Source: an archaeon
GTDB lineage: Archaea > Nanobdellota > Nanobdellia > Pacearchaeales > UBA284
Reading direction: 5' to 3'
NCBI GenBank assembly: GCA_030612665.1
Contig: JAUWNL010000002.1
Span: 1-58,461, forward strand
Length of the DNA: 58,461 nt
The notes beneath the pieces were generated by a model that ran no database searches, was not told the origin of the DNA, and saw only the letters and a program-made list of their open reading frames with translations. Shown one piece after another: positions 1 to 9,914 of the stretch. Position 1 is the first letter of the stretch. Each line of letters opens with the position of its first letter. The position numbers and the translations under genes are program-made.

Positions 1-1
1 T

Positions 2-289
2 AGTATTTTTCATTTTCATAAAACAACCTTCAGAAAAAGATTAAGAAAGGAATTTCAATATGCTGAAGGTTATGGAACCTTATTTAGAATTTATAAAAAA
101 AATATGCCAGGATGGTGGATTGCAATGTTAAAAGCCTTGCCTTTTTTTGGTTCATTGATTATTTTAGGATCTATAGATAAAAAAGTAAGAAATCATATAC
201 TCTTGTGGATATTTTTAAGTATTTTTATAAATTTAATCTACTGTTATGGATTTTGGAGAGGATTTATAAGAAAAAAACAGACAATATGA
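2..289 (+). CDS. C-terminal fragment of a membrane-anchored protein (gene starts upstream of window; possibly a glycosyltransferase tail)
   Basis: Reading frame 2 is open from the window edge to the stop at 287-289. Hydrophobic C-terminal segments WWIAMLKALPFFGSLIILGS and LLWIFLSIFINLIYCYGFW. Confidence 0.35.
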   Translation, partial: SIFHFHKTTFRKRLRKEFQYAEGYGTLFRIYKKNMPGWWIAMLKALPFFGSLIILGSIDKKVRNHILLWIFLSIFINLIYCYGFWRGFIRKKQTI

Positions 290-298
290 AAAATATAA

Positions 299-1048
299 AT
301 GAAAATAATGAAAAATAAAATGTTAAAAGTTTGTGTTGTTATTGATGTTGAAGGATTTATTTCGCTTAGACAAGGAAATCCTAGATGGAACAGATGGCAG
401 AGATTCAAAGGAAAAATAAATAATCTTATCAAGAATTTTAGGTATGATGAGAAAGGATTTGATAAAATTTATAATTTAATTATCAGGGAAAAATTCCCTG
501 TAAGTTTCATGCTTGTTGGTTCTTTATTCAGTCCAAGGAAAAAAACAGAATTTATTGATTATGGTTATCATACTTTGAATCATTTACCCTTGACGTTAAT
601 CAATGATAAAAAGCTTGAAAGAGAAGTAAAAAATATTAGTAGGGCTATAAGTTTTTCTGCTCCTTTATGGATGATTGAAGATGTAAAAAATCCTGATAGG
701 GTTTTCAATGTTTTAAAAAAAGAAAAATACAGGGTTGTTGTTTATAGGGGTATTGATGATGGCATAAAATATTGCCATTATGATGCAATAAAACCTTTAA
801 TTGAGAGAAATGGGATTTTTTGTTTGTATAAAAGTAATGATTTTCAAGGTAATTCTTCAAAAAAGAAAATGACTTCTATCTTTAGAGATATAGAAAAAAA
901 TAAAGATAAAAAAGCAGTTTATTGCATTACAACTCATGACTTTGTTCATAAAAATTTAAATAACTTTGTGTGGCTTATTAGAGTATTAAAGGAGATGCAA
1001 GAAAAGAAAATGATAAAAATAGTTAATATGAAACAATTAATAAAATGA
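299..1048 (+). CDS. polysaccharide deacetylase-like protein (NodB/CE4-like, tentative)
   Basis: 249-aa ORF with VVIDVEGF and GYHTLNH segments resembling the deacetylase fold. ATGA overlap couples it to the next gene. Confidence 0.4.
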   Translation: MKIMKNKMLKVCVVIDVEGFISLRQGNPRWNRWQRFKGKINNLIKNFRYDEKGFDKIYNLIIREKFPVSFMLVGSLFSPRKKTEFIDYGYHTLNHLPLTLINDKKLEREVKNISRAISFSAPLWMIEDVKNPDRVFNVLKKEKYRVVVYRGIDDGIKYCHYDAIKPLIERNGIFCLYKSNDFQGNSSKKKMTSIFRDIEKNKDKKAVYCITTHDFVHKNLNNFVWLIRVLKEMQEKKMIKIVNMKQLIK

Positions 1049-1662
1049 GATTTAAAGATATTCAAGCTACAATCCATATTAATCTAACAAAATCAATAGA
1101 AGAACTTTGGGGTAATCTCAACAAAAAGGCACGTTGGGGGGTAAATAAAGCAAAAAAAGAGGGATTAATTGTAAAAAAAACAAATGATGATGAATCATGG
1201 AAAGAATTCTATGAAATTTATAAAAATACGTGCAAACATGGCGGAATTCTTCCACTATCATTTGAAAAAATAAAAGAATCAGAACTGTTCATTTGCGAAA
1301 AAGATAATAAAATCATCAGTGGAACTGTAACAAAAAAGAAAGATAATAAGATAGAATTATTCCTTAATGCATCAGTCCCAGAATATTTAGAATTTCAACC
1401 TAATAATCTTCTTTATTGGACAATTATAGAACAAGGAAAAAATGATAATTTCAAAATTTTAGATTTAGGGGGATACCAGCTCAAGGCTCCAAAAGGAAGT
1501 AAACTTTACGAGATAAATAGATTTAAAGAAAGATGGGGGGGACAGATAATAAAATACTATGTCTACAGTAATAATCCGTTATATATCTTAGGAAGAAAAA
1601 TAATAAGAAATTTTCCTGTAGCAAAAAAAATAAGGGATAAGCTTAGGATTGTTTTTGGATAG
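1045..1662 (+). CDS. FemAB / Acetyltransf_6 (CelD-like) GNAT-fold transferase
   Basis: NLNKKARWGVNKAKKEGLIV segment typical of the FemAB-related family. Start overlaps the upstream stop (ATGA). Confidence 0.45.
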   Translation: MRFKDIQATIHINLTKSIEELWGNLNKKARWGVNKAKKEGLIVKKTNDDESWKEFYEIYKNTCKHGGILPLSFEKIKESELFICEKDNKIISGTVTKKKDNKIELFLNASVPEYLEFQPNNLLYWTIIEQGKNDNFKILDLGGYQLKAPKGSKLYEINRFKERWGGQIIKYYVYSNNPLYILGRKIIRNFPVAKKIRDKLRIVFG

Positions 1663-2788
1663 TTTCCTCAATAGCCTTATTGATTTCTATCTGCATTCTC
1701 TTAAGAGAGAATTTTTTTGCTCTTTCTCTTGCATTTTTTGACATTTTTTTTCTTAATTTTTCATTTTTAATTAATAATTTTAATTTCTGTATTGCCTCTT
1801 CTTTAGAATTAAATAAAAAACCATTTTTTTCGTGTTCAATAGTTTCTTTGTATCCTGCTTTATTTATTACAATAGGGATACAACCATTAGCCATTGCTTC
1901 TACTGGAGCCATTCCAAAGTTCTCTAATAATGTGGGGTATTTATTTTCATCAACATTCATTCCTTTTGCCATTAAAAATAATTTAGATTTTTCATATAAT
2001 CTATTTAGTTCTTTATTTGTCAAATCTGTCTTTATTTCTATAGGATAATTCCCTATCCTTTTTTTTAGTTCTTGATAATAATGCATGCTTTCCTTATTTG
2101 TCGCTGCCCCAATAATGCACTTATAGTTTTTTATTCCTTCATCATAAATTTTTTTGAAACAATCTATCACAAACTCATAATTTTTATCTGGATTCAGTCT
2201 GCCTGTGCTTATGATAAGATTTTTTTTATTCTTTTTTTCTTTTTTCGGTATCTCAACAAAGGGATTTATCACTTGCGCATCTACTTTCCACAATTTTTTT
2301 AGCCATTCTTTAGTAAATTCTGAATTACAATAAATAGTATCATATCTCTTAGAATAATTCTTTAAAGTTATTCTAAACAAGTATAATGCTTTCATCTTTA
2401 TATAATCTAAAAAACCATGCGTAGGTCTGTATTTTAGGGGTTTAAAAAAATGGCAGTACATTAAATTGTGTTTTGCAGTTGGTTTTACAGTTTCATGCGC
2501 ATCTGCATTTATGAATAAATCATATTTTTTAGCTATTTTTGAGACTTTTTTAAAACAAATCAAAAAAAGCAGAGAAGGATTTATTTTTTTATTTTTATAC
2601 ATAGGAATTATCCTTCCTATTCGAGAAAAATCAATAGAATATATTTTTTCTAATTCTTTTTTTGCTATTGGAAATAAGGTTAAGATGTCTACATTATGTT
2701 TTTTTGATAAATGTTCTGCTATTCTACAGTTTACTTTTTGCCCCCCTCCAATAATATGTAGGCACCAGTCGTAAAGCAAGATTTTCAT
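1643..2788 (-). CDS. GT4-family (GT-B) glycosyltransferase
   Basis: 381 aa. C-terminal ENFGMAPVEAMANGCIPIV (E-x7-E region), typical of retaining GT4 enzymes. Confidence 0.8.
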   Translation of the reverse strand: MKILLYDWCLHIIGGGQKVNCRIAEHLSKKHNVDILTLFPIAKKELEKIYSIDFSRIGRIIPMYKNKKINPSLLFLICFKKVSKIAKKYDLFINADAHETVKPTAKHNLMYCHFFKPLKYRPTHGFLDYIKMKALYLFRITLKNYSKRYDTIYCNSEFTKEWLKKLWKVDAQVINPFVEIPKKEKKNKKNLIISTGRLNPDKNYEFVIDCFKKIYDEGIKNYKCIIGAATNKESMHYYQELKKRIGNYPIEIKTDLTNKELNRLYEKSKLFLMAKGMNVDENKYPTLLENFGMAPVEAMANGCIPIVINKAGYKETIEHEKNGFLFNSKEEAIQKLKLLIKNEKLRKKMSKNARERAKKFSLKRMQIEINKAIEETIQKQS

Positions 2789-2948
2789 AAGATAAAAAGG
2801 GAGAAGGGAGTATTAAAATTTTATGATATAATTAATTAAAAGAAAATCTCTCAAATTTTTCTTTTTCTTGTAACTTTTCAGCACTAACTATCATTGTTCC
2901 GCAAAGGCTAGCCTTTCTAAACCGACCGTAACCTTTAAAGTGTATATT

Positions 2949-3509
2949 TCAAAAGCCATAAAACTCAAGTAACTTTTTAAGATAAGCTGGATAAAAATGC
3001 CTTATGTGCCAGTCATCTTGAAATAAAAAATCAGCATTGCCAAATAAAAATTTAAGTCTATGTTTAAACCAACTTACGCAAGGAAGCTGAAGAATTAGCA
3101 TGCCCTGCACACCAATACTTTTATTCAGGTTATATAATGCTTTTTTATAATCAAATAAATGTTCCATTACTCCTAGAAGAAGAATATTATCAAATTTTTT
3201 CTTTGTAGAATTCTTTGTTATGTCAAGAACAAAGAATCTATAATTTGAATAGGATTTTTTAGCTTGACTAATTGCAGTTTTTGAAATATCTGAGCCTTCA
3301 ACCTTGTAACCATGGGAGGAAATTAGGTTTACAGTGTACCCCAAACCACAACCTAAATCGAGAATGCTCCCTTTTTTTATTTTTGGGATTACACTTTCTT
3401 CAATAATGGAAAATTTTTCTTTTAGCCGTGAAGATTTTTCTTTAACCTCCTTTAATACCCCTCTTTTTGCATATTTATGATATCTTTCGTAGATTTTATT
3501 AGGTTCCAT
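2949..3509 (-). CDS. class I SAM-dependent methyltransferase
   Basis: SAM motif I ILDLGCGLGY. The ATG at 3509 is preferred, because the TTG at 3569 would overlap the divergent gene. Confidence 0.75.
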   Translation of the reverse strand: MEPNKIYERYHKYAKRGVLKEVKEKSSRLKEKFSIIEESVIPKIKKGSILDLGCGLGYTVNLISSHGYKVEGSDISKTAISQAKKSYSNYRFFVLDITKNSTKKKFDNILLLGVMEHLFDYKKALYNLNKSIGVQGMLILQLPCVSWFKHRLKFLFGNADFLFQDDWHIRHFYPAYLKKLLEFYGF

Positions 3510-3559
3510 AATAAAATTATAAACACAATCTTTATAAATTGTATGATTTTCTTTCAAAA

Positions 3560-5047
3560 ATGAGGTCAAAAGAACTAAGGAACATAAAACTGAATAAGAA
3601 AAAAGTTAAGAGAGTCCTTTTCATAAATCTAAGAAAAACTAGTGCCGGAGTTAATACCCCCCACATGGGGCTTGCTATATTAGCAACAATTTTGAAAAAA
3701 AGAGGTCATGATATTCTTGTAATAGACCAACAATTAATCCATAATCTGCCTCCAATTAATTCTTTTATTGATAAATTTAAACCAGATGTAATTGGAGTAA
3801 GCATCTATACTGCAAACGTTCCTGAAGTAGATCATCTTATTGGAATAATTGAAAAAGAATATCCCTCCATTCCTCTAATTGTTGGAGGACCTCATGGAAC
3901 TTTATATTATGATAATATGCACTTGAAAAATGAAAAGTTTATTGATTACATTTTAATAGGAGAAGCAGAGTTAACAATCATATCTACTATAGAAAAAGCA
4001 AAAAAAGAAAAAAGATTCAAGTTGATAAAAACAAAAGAAATTGTGGATATCAATGATTTGCCTTTTCCAGATTACAAGGTTTTTTATGGATGGAAAAATA
4101 TCAGGGCATATCCGATAATGACTTCTAGGGGATGCCCTTATAGATGTAGTTTTTGTCCTGTAGCTTCTCTTTCTACAAGAAAATGGAGATCAAGAGATCC
4201 AGAAAAATGTATAGAAGAATTAGAATTAGCTAAAAAAGAATTGTCCCCACACTTACGTGTTCTTGTACAGGATGATAATCCTTTAGTAGACAAAAAAAGA
4301 TTTTATCACTTTCTTAAGATGTATATTAACAAGAAAATAAACATGAGAATAGATGTTTTGAATATCAGAGCAGATAGTATTAATGAAAAATTAATCTCCT
4401 TTTTTAAAAAAATTGGATGTGATTCTATAGGGGTCGGAGTAGAGCATGCCCACCCAAAAGTATTTGAAAAAATAAACAAGGGAGAAACACTGGAACAGAT
4501 AGAAAAAGCTGCAGCATTATTAAAGAAACATAAGATGCTTGGAAGTTTTTCATTTATTATAGGATTGCCTGGAGATAATCTTGAAAGAATAAAAGAAAAC
4601 ATAAAACTTGTTAAAAAATTCAAACCAGATTCTGTTTATTGGAACATGTTGGTTCCTTATGAAAAAACACAGGTAAGAAAATGGTTTTTAGAACATGGAA
4701 AAGTTTACAATGAAATTGGGCATACTTCATTAGTTGATACAGATTTTATTTGTGATGAACCTTGTGTGGAAAGTCCGGATTTCACAAAAGAAGAAAGAAA
4801 AAAGGCTCATTATCTCTATCTTTTTGGAACAATAGATGACAGACTTAAAATAATAAAGATTTTTAGAATTCTAAAAATAGTAAAAAAATATAATCTTTAT
4901 AGAGAATTCATATATTGGTTTCCAAGAGGATTAATCAAATCTCTTAAAAGAAAGATAGAATTGATAAAAAAAGCTCATTCATATTCTCATAGGGAGGGAT
5001 TGATAAAAACTATTAAAAGAGCTCTTTTTTTAGTTAGAGGAAAATAA
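3560..5047 (+). CDS. B12-binding-domain radical SAM enzyme (class B rSAM), paralog 1
   Basis: N-terminal Rossmann-like region (GLAILATILKKRGHDILVID, IVGGPHGT) followed by CxxxCxxC in SRGCPYRCSFC. ATG at 3560; the longer ORF starts at a TTG at 3539. Confidence 0.85.
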   Translation: MRSKELRNIKLNKKKVKRVLFINLRKTSAGVNTPHMGLAILATILKKRGHDILVIDQQLIHNLPPINSFIDKFKPDVIGVSIYTANVPEVDHLIGIIEKEYPSIPLIVGGPHGTLYYDNMHLKNEKFIDYILIGEAELTIISTIEKAKKEKRFKLIKTKEIVDINDLPFPDYKVFYGWKNIRAYPIMTSRGCPYRCSFCPVASLSTRKWRSRDPEKCIEELELAKKELSPHLRVLVQDDNPLVDKKRFYHFLKMYINKKINMRIDVLNIRADSINEKLISFFKKIGCDSIGVGVEHAHPKVFEKINKGETLEQIEKAAALLKKHKMLGSFSFIIGLPGDNLERIKENIKLVKKFKPDSVYWNMLVPYEKTQVRKWFLEHGKVYNEIGHTSLVDTDFICDEPCVESPDFTKEERKKAHYLYLFGTIDDRLKIIKIFRILKIVKKYNLYREFIYWFPRGLIKSLKRKIELIKKAHSYSHREGLIKTIKRALFLVRGK

Positions 5048-5061
5048 GAAGTTATTTTATA

Positions 5062-5409
5062 TTATTTAACTACTAAGAAAACTCCTGCCAATATTAAAGC
5101 TATTCCTAACCATTTAATTGCTGGAAATGGTTCCCCAAGAAACAATTTTGCGAAAATTGCAGTCCATATGTAGCTTGTTGCTATAATTGGATAAATAACT
5201 GAAACGTTTCCATATTTAAGAGACCATATAAATAAGACTCCTGCAACAAGATAAATTGCTGCTGCTACAATTAGCCATTTATTTGTAAACCAAGTTAAGG
5301 GATTAAAAGAGAAGGTTGGAGCACTTAGTTTATAAAAAATCTGGCCTGCAGCAGTAAGTAAGGCGCAAAAAAGGATAATTGCTATGATTATTATAGGGGT
5401 TGAAGTCAT
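5062..5409 (-). CDS. small EamA/SMR-like membrane transporter (ArnE/ArnF-sized)
   Basis: 115 aa, four hydrophobic helices, EamA-like C-terminal half (GEPFPAIKWLGIALILAGVFLV). Confidence 0.6.
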   Translation of the reverse strand: MTSTPIIIIAIILFCALLTAAGQIFYKLSAPTFSFNPLTWFTNKWLIVAAAIYLVAGVLFIWSLKYGNVSVIYPIIATSYIWTAIFAKLFLGEPFPAIKWLGIALILAGVFLVVK

Positions 5410-5458
5410 TATTCACTAAGTATTTAAATATTTAAAAATATTTGCTTTGAGACATAAA

Positions 5459-6160
5459 ATGATAAATATTTTAATTCCAGTCTATAATGAAGAGAAAATT
5501 CTAAAGAATAATGTCTTAAGGTTAAGAAATTTCCTTGACAATAATTTAAAAAATGATTACAAACTTTTTATTGTCGATGGAAAAAGTGAGGATAATACAG
5601 AAACAATTGGAAGACAGTTGGATAAAAAACATAAAAATATCACTTACTTAAAAACCAATATAAAAGGAAAAGGAGCACAATTAAAAAAAGCCTCTCTTTT
5701 GATAGAAGGAGATTATTTTGCTTTTGTGGATGTTGACTTTCCAATTAAATTTGAAGAAATTCTCCAAATACTCGATTCTCTAATAAAAAATAAAGCAGAT
5801 TTTATTATTGGAAGTAGAAATATAGGAAACAAAAAGATTGATAGACCTGCAATAAGAAAAATAACTTCTAAGGCATATAATAAAGTAGCAAGGTTCATGC
5901 TTAATATATCTCTAAGTGATACACAATGTGGCATCAAAGCATGGAATTCAAAAATTAACAAGATTTGGATGCAAGTAAAAGATGAAAAATGGTTTTTTGA
6001 TACCGAATTATTATATCATTCTATAAAAAAGGGACATAAAATCCTAGAGATTCCAGTAAGTTATTCTGACAGGAGAAAAGAATCAAAAGTTTTTCCAATT
6101 AAAGATAGTATCTATTTTATAAAAAGTCTTCTTAGATTGAAATTTAAATCCTATCAATAA
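5459..6160 (+). CDS. GT2 polyprenyl-phosphate glycosyltransferase (Dpm1/ArnC-like)
   Basis: ILIPVYNEE, DGKSEDNT and FVDVDF (DxD) motifs. ATG at 5459; the ORF track starts at a TTG at 5447. Confidence 0.8.
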   Translation: MINILIPVYNEEKILKNNVLRLRNFLDNNLKNDYKLFIVDGKSEDNTETIGRQLDKKHKNITYLKTNIKGKGAQLKKASLLIEGDYFAFVDVDFPIKFEEILQILDSLIKNKADFIIGSRNIGNKKIDRPAIRKITSKAYNKVARFMLNISLSDTQCGIKAWNSKINKIWMQVKDEKWFFDTELLYHSIKKGHKILEIPVSYSDRRKESKVFPIKDSIYFIKSLLRLKFKSYQ

Positions 6161-6216
6161 AACAATTATAAAAAAACATATAAAACTTAATAAGATAGAT
6201 TTTATGTTCTAAAAGA

Positions 6217-7734
6217 ATGAAGATCTTATTAATAAACCCGCCAGAAACTTCTTTAAAAAATAATCTAACTTTTATTGGATTACCTCTTGGATTATTATAT
6301 ATTGCTGCGATTTTAGAAAAAGAAGGAAAACAAGTTAAGATATTTGACTCTTTTATTTATAATGAAAAATTGATTGAGAAAAATATTGGGGATGGAATGA
6401 AACATGTGGGGGCATCATGGAAAAGAATCAAAAAAGTAATAGAAATGAATAATCCAGATATTGTTGGTATTTCAAATCATTTTAGTTCACAAATAGAGAA
6501 TAGTTTAAAGGTTGCACAAATTGCTAAGAAAATTAATAAGAAAATAAAAGTAATCCTTGGAGGGGCACATGGATCCTCAAATCCGCAGGATTTTTTTAAA
6601 GAAAAGTATGTAGACTTTGTTATAATGGGCGAAGGCGAATTTTCTTTTTCTAAATTGATTTATGAATTAGAAAGAGAAAAACTAGGCAAAAAAGCAAGAT
6701 TAAACAAGATAAATAATCTAGCTTATATAAAAAATAAAAAGATTAAGGTAAATCCCTTAAAGCATATTTCAAATTTAGATGAATTGCCTCTCCCTGCATA
6801 TCATCTCATCAATATGGAAAATTATCTTAAATTAATTAGGGGTGGTAGAGGAAGGATAACTTTAGAGACAAAGAATGATGAAAGAATTAGCATGATTACA
6901 TCAAGAGGGTGTCCTTTTAATTGTATTTTTTGTTCAATTCATGGCCATATGGGTAGAAAATGGAGAGCTCATTCAAGCGAATATGTAATGAAACATATTT
7001 TATACTTAGTTAAAAATTATAAAATAAATCATATTAGTTTTGAAGATGATAATCTAACTCTAGATATTGCACGTTTTGAAAGAATTTTAAATGGAATAAT
7101 AAAGAATAAGATAAAAATAAGCTGGGACACTCCAAATGGAATTAGAGCAGATACACTTAATTTTAGGTTATTGCAAAAAATGAAAGAAACAGGATGTAGT
7201 TCATTAAAAATTGGAATTGAATCTGGAGATCAGGAGGTTATAAATAAAATTGTTGGAAAAGCTCTTGATTTAAAGAAAGTTGTTAGAACAGCGTCGATGT
7301 GTCATAAATTAGATATTCCTTTAACTGGTTTTTTTGTTATTGGGATGCCTGGAGAAACTAAAAAGAATATAATGAAAACAATAAATTTTGCTATCATGTT
7401 AAAGAAAAAATATGATATGGATTCTGTAGTGCATATTGCTATGCCATTAATTGGGACAAGAATGTATGAGATAAGTAAAAAAAAGAATTATTTAGTTCAT
7501 GATTCTAATCCTTCTGATTTTTCTGGAATTCAAAATTTGATGATAAAGACTGAAGAATTTGATCCAGAATTTTTAAGAAAAGCCAGAAAAAAATATTATG
7601 ATATCTATTTAAAATTACAATTTGGTTGGTTATTTAAAAATCCAAAAAAACTTTTAAGATACATCATGCAAATAAAAAATCCTCAAAAATTCTTTAAAAT
7701 ATTTGGTTTTGTAATTAAATATATAAAGAAATAA
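6217..7734 (+). CDS. B12-binding-domain radical SAM enzyme, paralog 2
   Basis: MKILLINPP N-terminus, LGGAHGS, and TSRGCPFNCIFC (CxxxCxxC). Confidence 0.85.
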   Translation: MKILLINPPETSLKNNLTFIGLPLGLLYIAAILEKEGKQVKIFDSFIYNEKLIEKNIGDGMKHVGASWKRIKKVIEMNNPDIVGISNHFSSQIENSLKVAQIAKKINKKIKVILGGAHGSSNPQDFFKEKYVDFVIMGEGEFSFSKLIYELEREKLGKKARLNKINNLAYIKNKKIKVNPLKHISNLDELPLPAYHLINMENYLKLIRGGRGRITLETKNDERISMITSRGCPFNCIFCSIHGHMGRKWRAHSSEYVMKHILYLVKNYKINHISFEDDNLTLDIARFERILNGIIKNKIKISWDTPNGIRADTLNFRLLQKMKETGCSSLKIGIESGDQEVINKIVGKALDLKKVVRTASMCHKLDIPLTGFFVIGMPGETKKNIMKTINFAIMLKKKYDMDSVVHIAMPLIGTRMYEISKKKNYLVHDSNPSDFSGIQNLMIKTEEFDPEFLRKARKKYYDIYLKLQFGWLFKNPKKLLRYIMQIKNPQKFFKIFGFVIKYIKK

Positions 7735-8364
7735 TTATTTTCTAAAAACTTGAACTGCTTCTAAAGAAAAAATAAATGGAAAAAAGGCAATTGGTAATTT
7801 TATCCTTTTTATTTCAAGAAGATTAAATTCCTTTTTCATCTGTTTAGGATTAAATGAGTTAATATGGTCTTTTATTTTTGGGGGTCTTATTCCTAAAAGA
7901 AATCTTGAAATTGTTAAATTTTTTTCATTTGGATAACTAATAATAATAATCCCCTCTTTTTTTAAAAGATTACTCAAATTTAAAATAACTTTCTTATAAT
8001 CCTGAATGTGTTCAAGAACATCTTGACAAATGATAATATCAAAATATTCTTTTGAAATATTTAATTTAGTAAGATCTTGTAATGAAAATTTTGCTTTAGG
8101 AACTCTTTTTTTTGCAGATTCAAGTGCTACTTTTGTTATATCAAAACCAAAAAGAAGATGTTTTGGATTGAGATTGTAGATCTTTTCTAAGAGATGGCCC
8201 TCTCCACAACCTGCATCTAAAATTTTTAATTCTCCTTCTTTTGGAATAAAATTGATTATATCATTAAGCCTTTGATTATGAAAAAATCTGACAAAAGGAT
8301 TTTTTGATCTATAGAGTTTATTCATATGATTCCTTTCCATTATTAAATAAGATGATTTTTGCAT
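7735..8364 (-). CDS. class I SAM-dependent methyltransferase
   Basis: Motif I ILDAGCGEGH and motif II-like DIIICQDVLEHI. Confidence 0.75.
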   Translation of the reverse strand: MQKSSYLIMERNHMNKLYRSKNPFVRFFHNQRLNDIINFIPKEGELKILDAGCGEGHLLEKIYNLNPKHLLFGFDITKVALESAKKRVPKAKFSLQDLTKLNISKEYFDIIICQDVLEHIQDYKKVILNLSNLLKKEGIIIISYPNEKNLTISRFLLGIRPPKIKDHINSFNPKQMKKEFNLLEIKRIKLPIAFFPFIFSLEAVQVFRK

Positions 8365-8438
8365 GAATTAAAGGATATCTTTTTATATATAAATTTTTAG
8401 TTCGAAATATTAATAAATGGCCCCATTTATGTTAAGAG

Positions 8439-9914
8439 ATGGCTGATATAATTCTAATTCAACCAAAGGCTGGGGAGTATGAGGCTGCAGGAATAAGGCC
8501 TCCTGATTCTTTATTAGCTGCGGCAGCATTACCTCACGAAAAAGGGTATAATATTAAGATTATTGATCAAAGAACTGATAAAAATTGGAAAATGCTTCTG
8601 AAAAATCACCTAAAAAATGCTTTATGTATGGGGACTACAGCAATGACAGGACAACAGATAAAATATGCTCTCGAAATATCAAAATTTGTTAAAGAAAACT
8701 CTGACGTGCCTGTTATCTGGGGCGGAGTGCATCCATCATTACTTCCAGAACAAACTCTCAAAAATAAGTATATAGATATTGTTGTTAAGGGAGAAGGGGA
8801 TTACACATTTTATGAGCTCATAATAGCAATTGAAAAACAGAGGAAAAATCCAAATAAAGACTACCTGAAAAATGTGAGGGGGATTTATTACAAAAAAAAT
8901 GGAAAAATAATAAGAACAGAACTTAGGCCATTTTTACAAGACCTAGACAAATTACCAAATTTACCTTATGATTTAGTAAATATGAATGATTATTTTGGTT
9001 TTACAATTAAAGAAGGTAAATCAATAACCCTAATGACCTCTAGAGGTTGTCCTTTTAGATGTGCATTTTGTTATAATACTGTTTATTATAAAAATAAATG
9101 GAGGGGAATGTCTGCAGAGAAAACTATTGAAAGAATAAAATATGTTAAAGATAAATTTGGTGTAAAAAATATCTATTTTCAAGATGATAATTTTTGCGCA
9201 AATGTACCCAGATTCAAAAAAATAATTGATCTTATTCTCAAGGAAAAAATAGATATAACCTGGGGATTGCTTGGCTCAAGAATTAATTCTTTAAAATATA
9301 TGGATGAGAAATTTTTGGCTAGAGTTGTCAAGGCGGGATGTATAAATATTGATGTTGGAATAGAATCTGGAAGTCAAAGAATATTAAATTTAATCTGTAA
9401 AGATATTGACTTAAAAGAGGTCATAGAAGTAAATAAGAAGATTTCTAAATTTTTTACAAAGACAAAATATACTTTTATTATGGGAATACCTTCAGAGACA
9501 GAAAAAGAATTACTGCAATCCATTAGATTTGCTTTAAAATTATGTAAAGATAACTCCCATGTATTACCTATTTTTAATATTCTTTTTGTTAATCCAGGAA
9601 CCGCAATGCATAATCTTGCATTGAAATATGGATATAATGAACCAAAAAATTTGGAAAAATGGGCAAATTCTGGCAGAGAAGGAGAATATAAAGAATATCC
9701 TTGGCTCTCTAAAAAAATGATAAAAATGATGGAAAATTTTGAATTCACTTCTTTTTTTGCAACAAAGAATATAGATTATAAAATAAGTAAAAAGTATCTA
9801 AAACTGCTGGCAAAGGTCTATCAACCAATTGCTAAATACAGATTTAAGAATAATTTTCCACATTTTCTCATTGAAAAGAGGCTGGCTAGTGTGTTATCTA
9901 GAAGTGTAAAATGA
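8439..9914 (+). CDS. B12-binding-domain radical SAM enzyme, paralog 3
   Basis: WGGVHPS and TSRGCPFRCAFC motifs, with the same architecture as paralogs 1 and 2. Confidence 0.85.
   Translation: MADIILIQPKAGEYEAAGIRPPDSLLAAAALPHEKGYNIKIIDQRTDKNWKMLLKNHLKNALCMGTTAMTGQQIKYALEISKFVKENSDVPVIWGGVHPSLLPEQTLKNKYIDIVVKGEGDYTFYELIIAIEKQRKNPNKDYLKNVRGIYYKKNGKIIRTELRPFLQDLDKLPNLPYDLVNMNDYFGFTIKEGKSITLMTSRGCPFRCAFCYNTVYYKNKWRGMSAEKTIERIKYVKDKFGVKNIYFQDDNFCANVPRFKKIIDLILKEKIDITWGLLGSRINSLKYMDEKFLARVVKAGCINIDVGIESGSQRILNLICKDIDLKEVIEVNKKISKFFTKTKYTFIMGIPSETEKELLQSIRFALKLCKDNSHVLPIFNILFVNPGTAMHNLALKYGYNEPKNLEKWANSGREGEYKEYPWLSKKMIKMMENFEFTSFFATKNIDYKISKKYLKLLAKVYQPIAKYRFKNNFPHFLIEKRLASVLSRSVK

Noticed and set aside
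1680-2774. Three plus-strand ORFs (1680-2048, 2072-2302, 2466-2774) antisense to the GT4 gene.
   Set aside because: They are low-complexity Phe/Ile/Leu-rich translations typical of the antisense frame of AT-rich genes, whereas the GT4 frame has clear family motifs.
2903-2916. Perfect 14-bp palindrome AAAGGCTAGCCTTT between the methyltransferase stop and the GT4 start.
   Set aside because: It is a single occurrence and I noticed no second copy or partner motif in the window. It could be a minor operator or terminator, but the evidence is insufficient.
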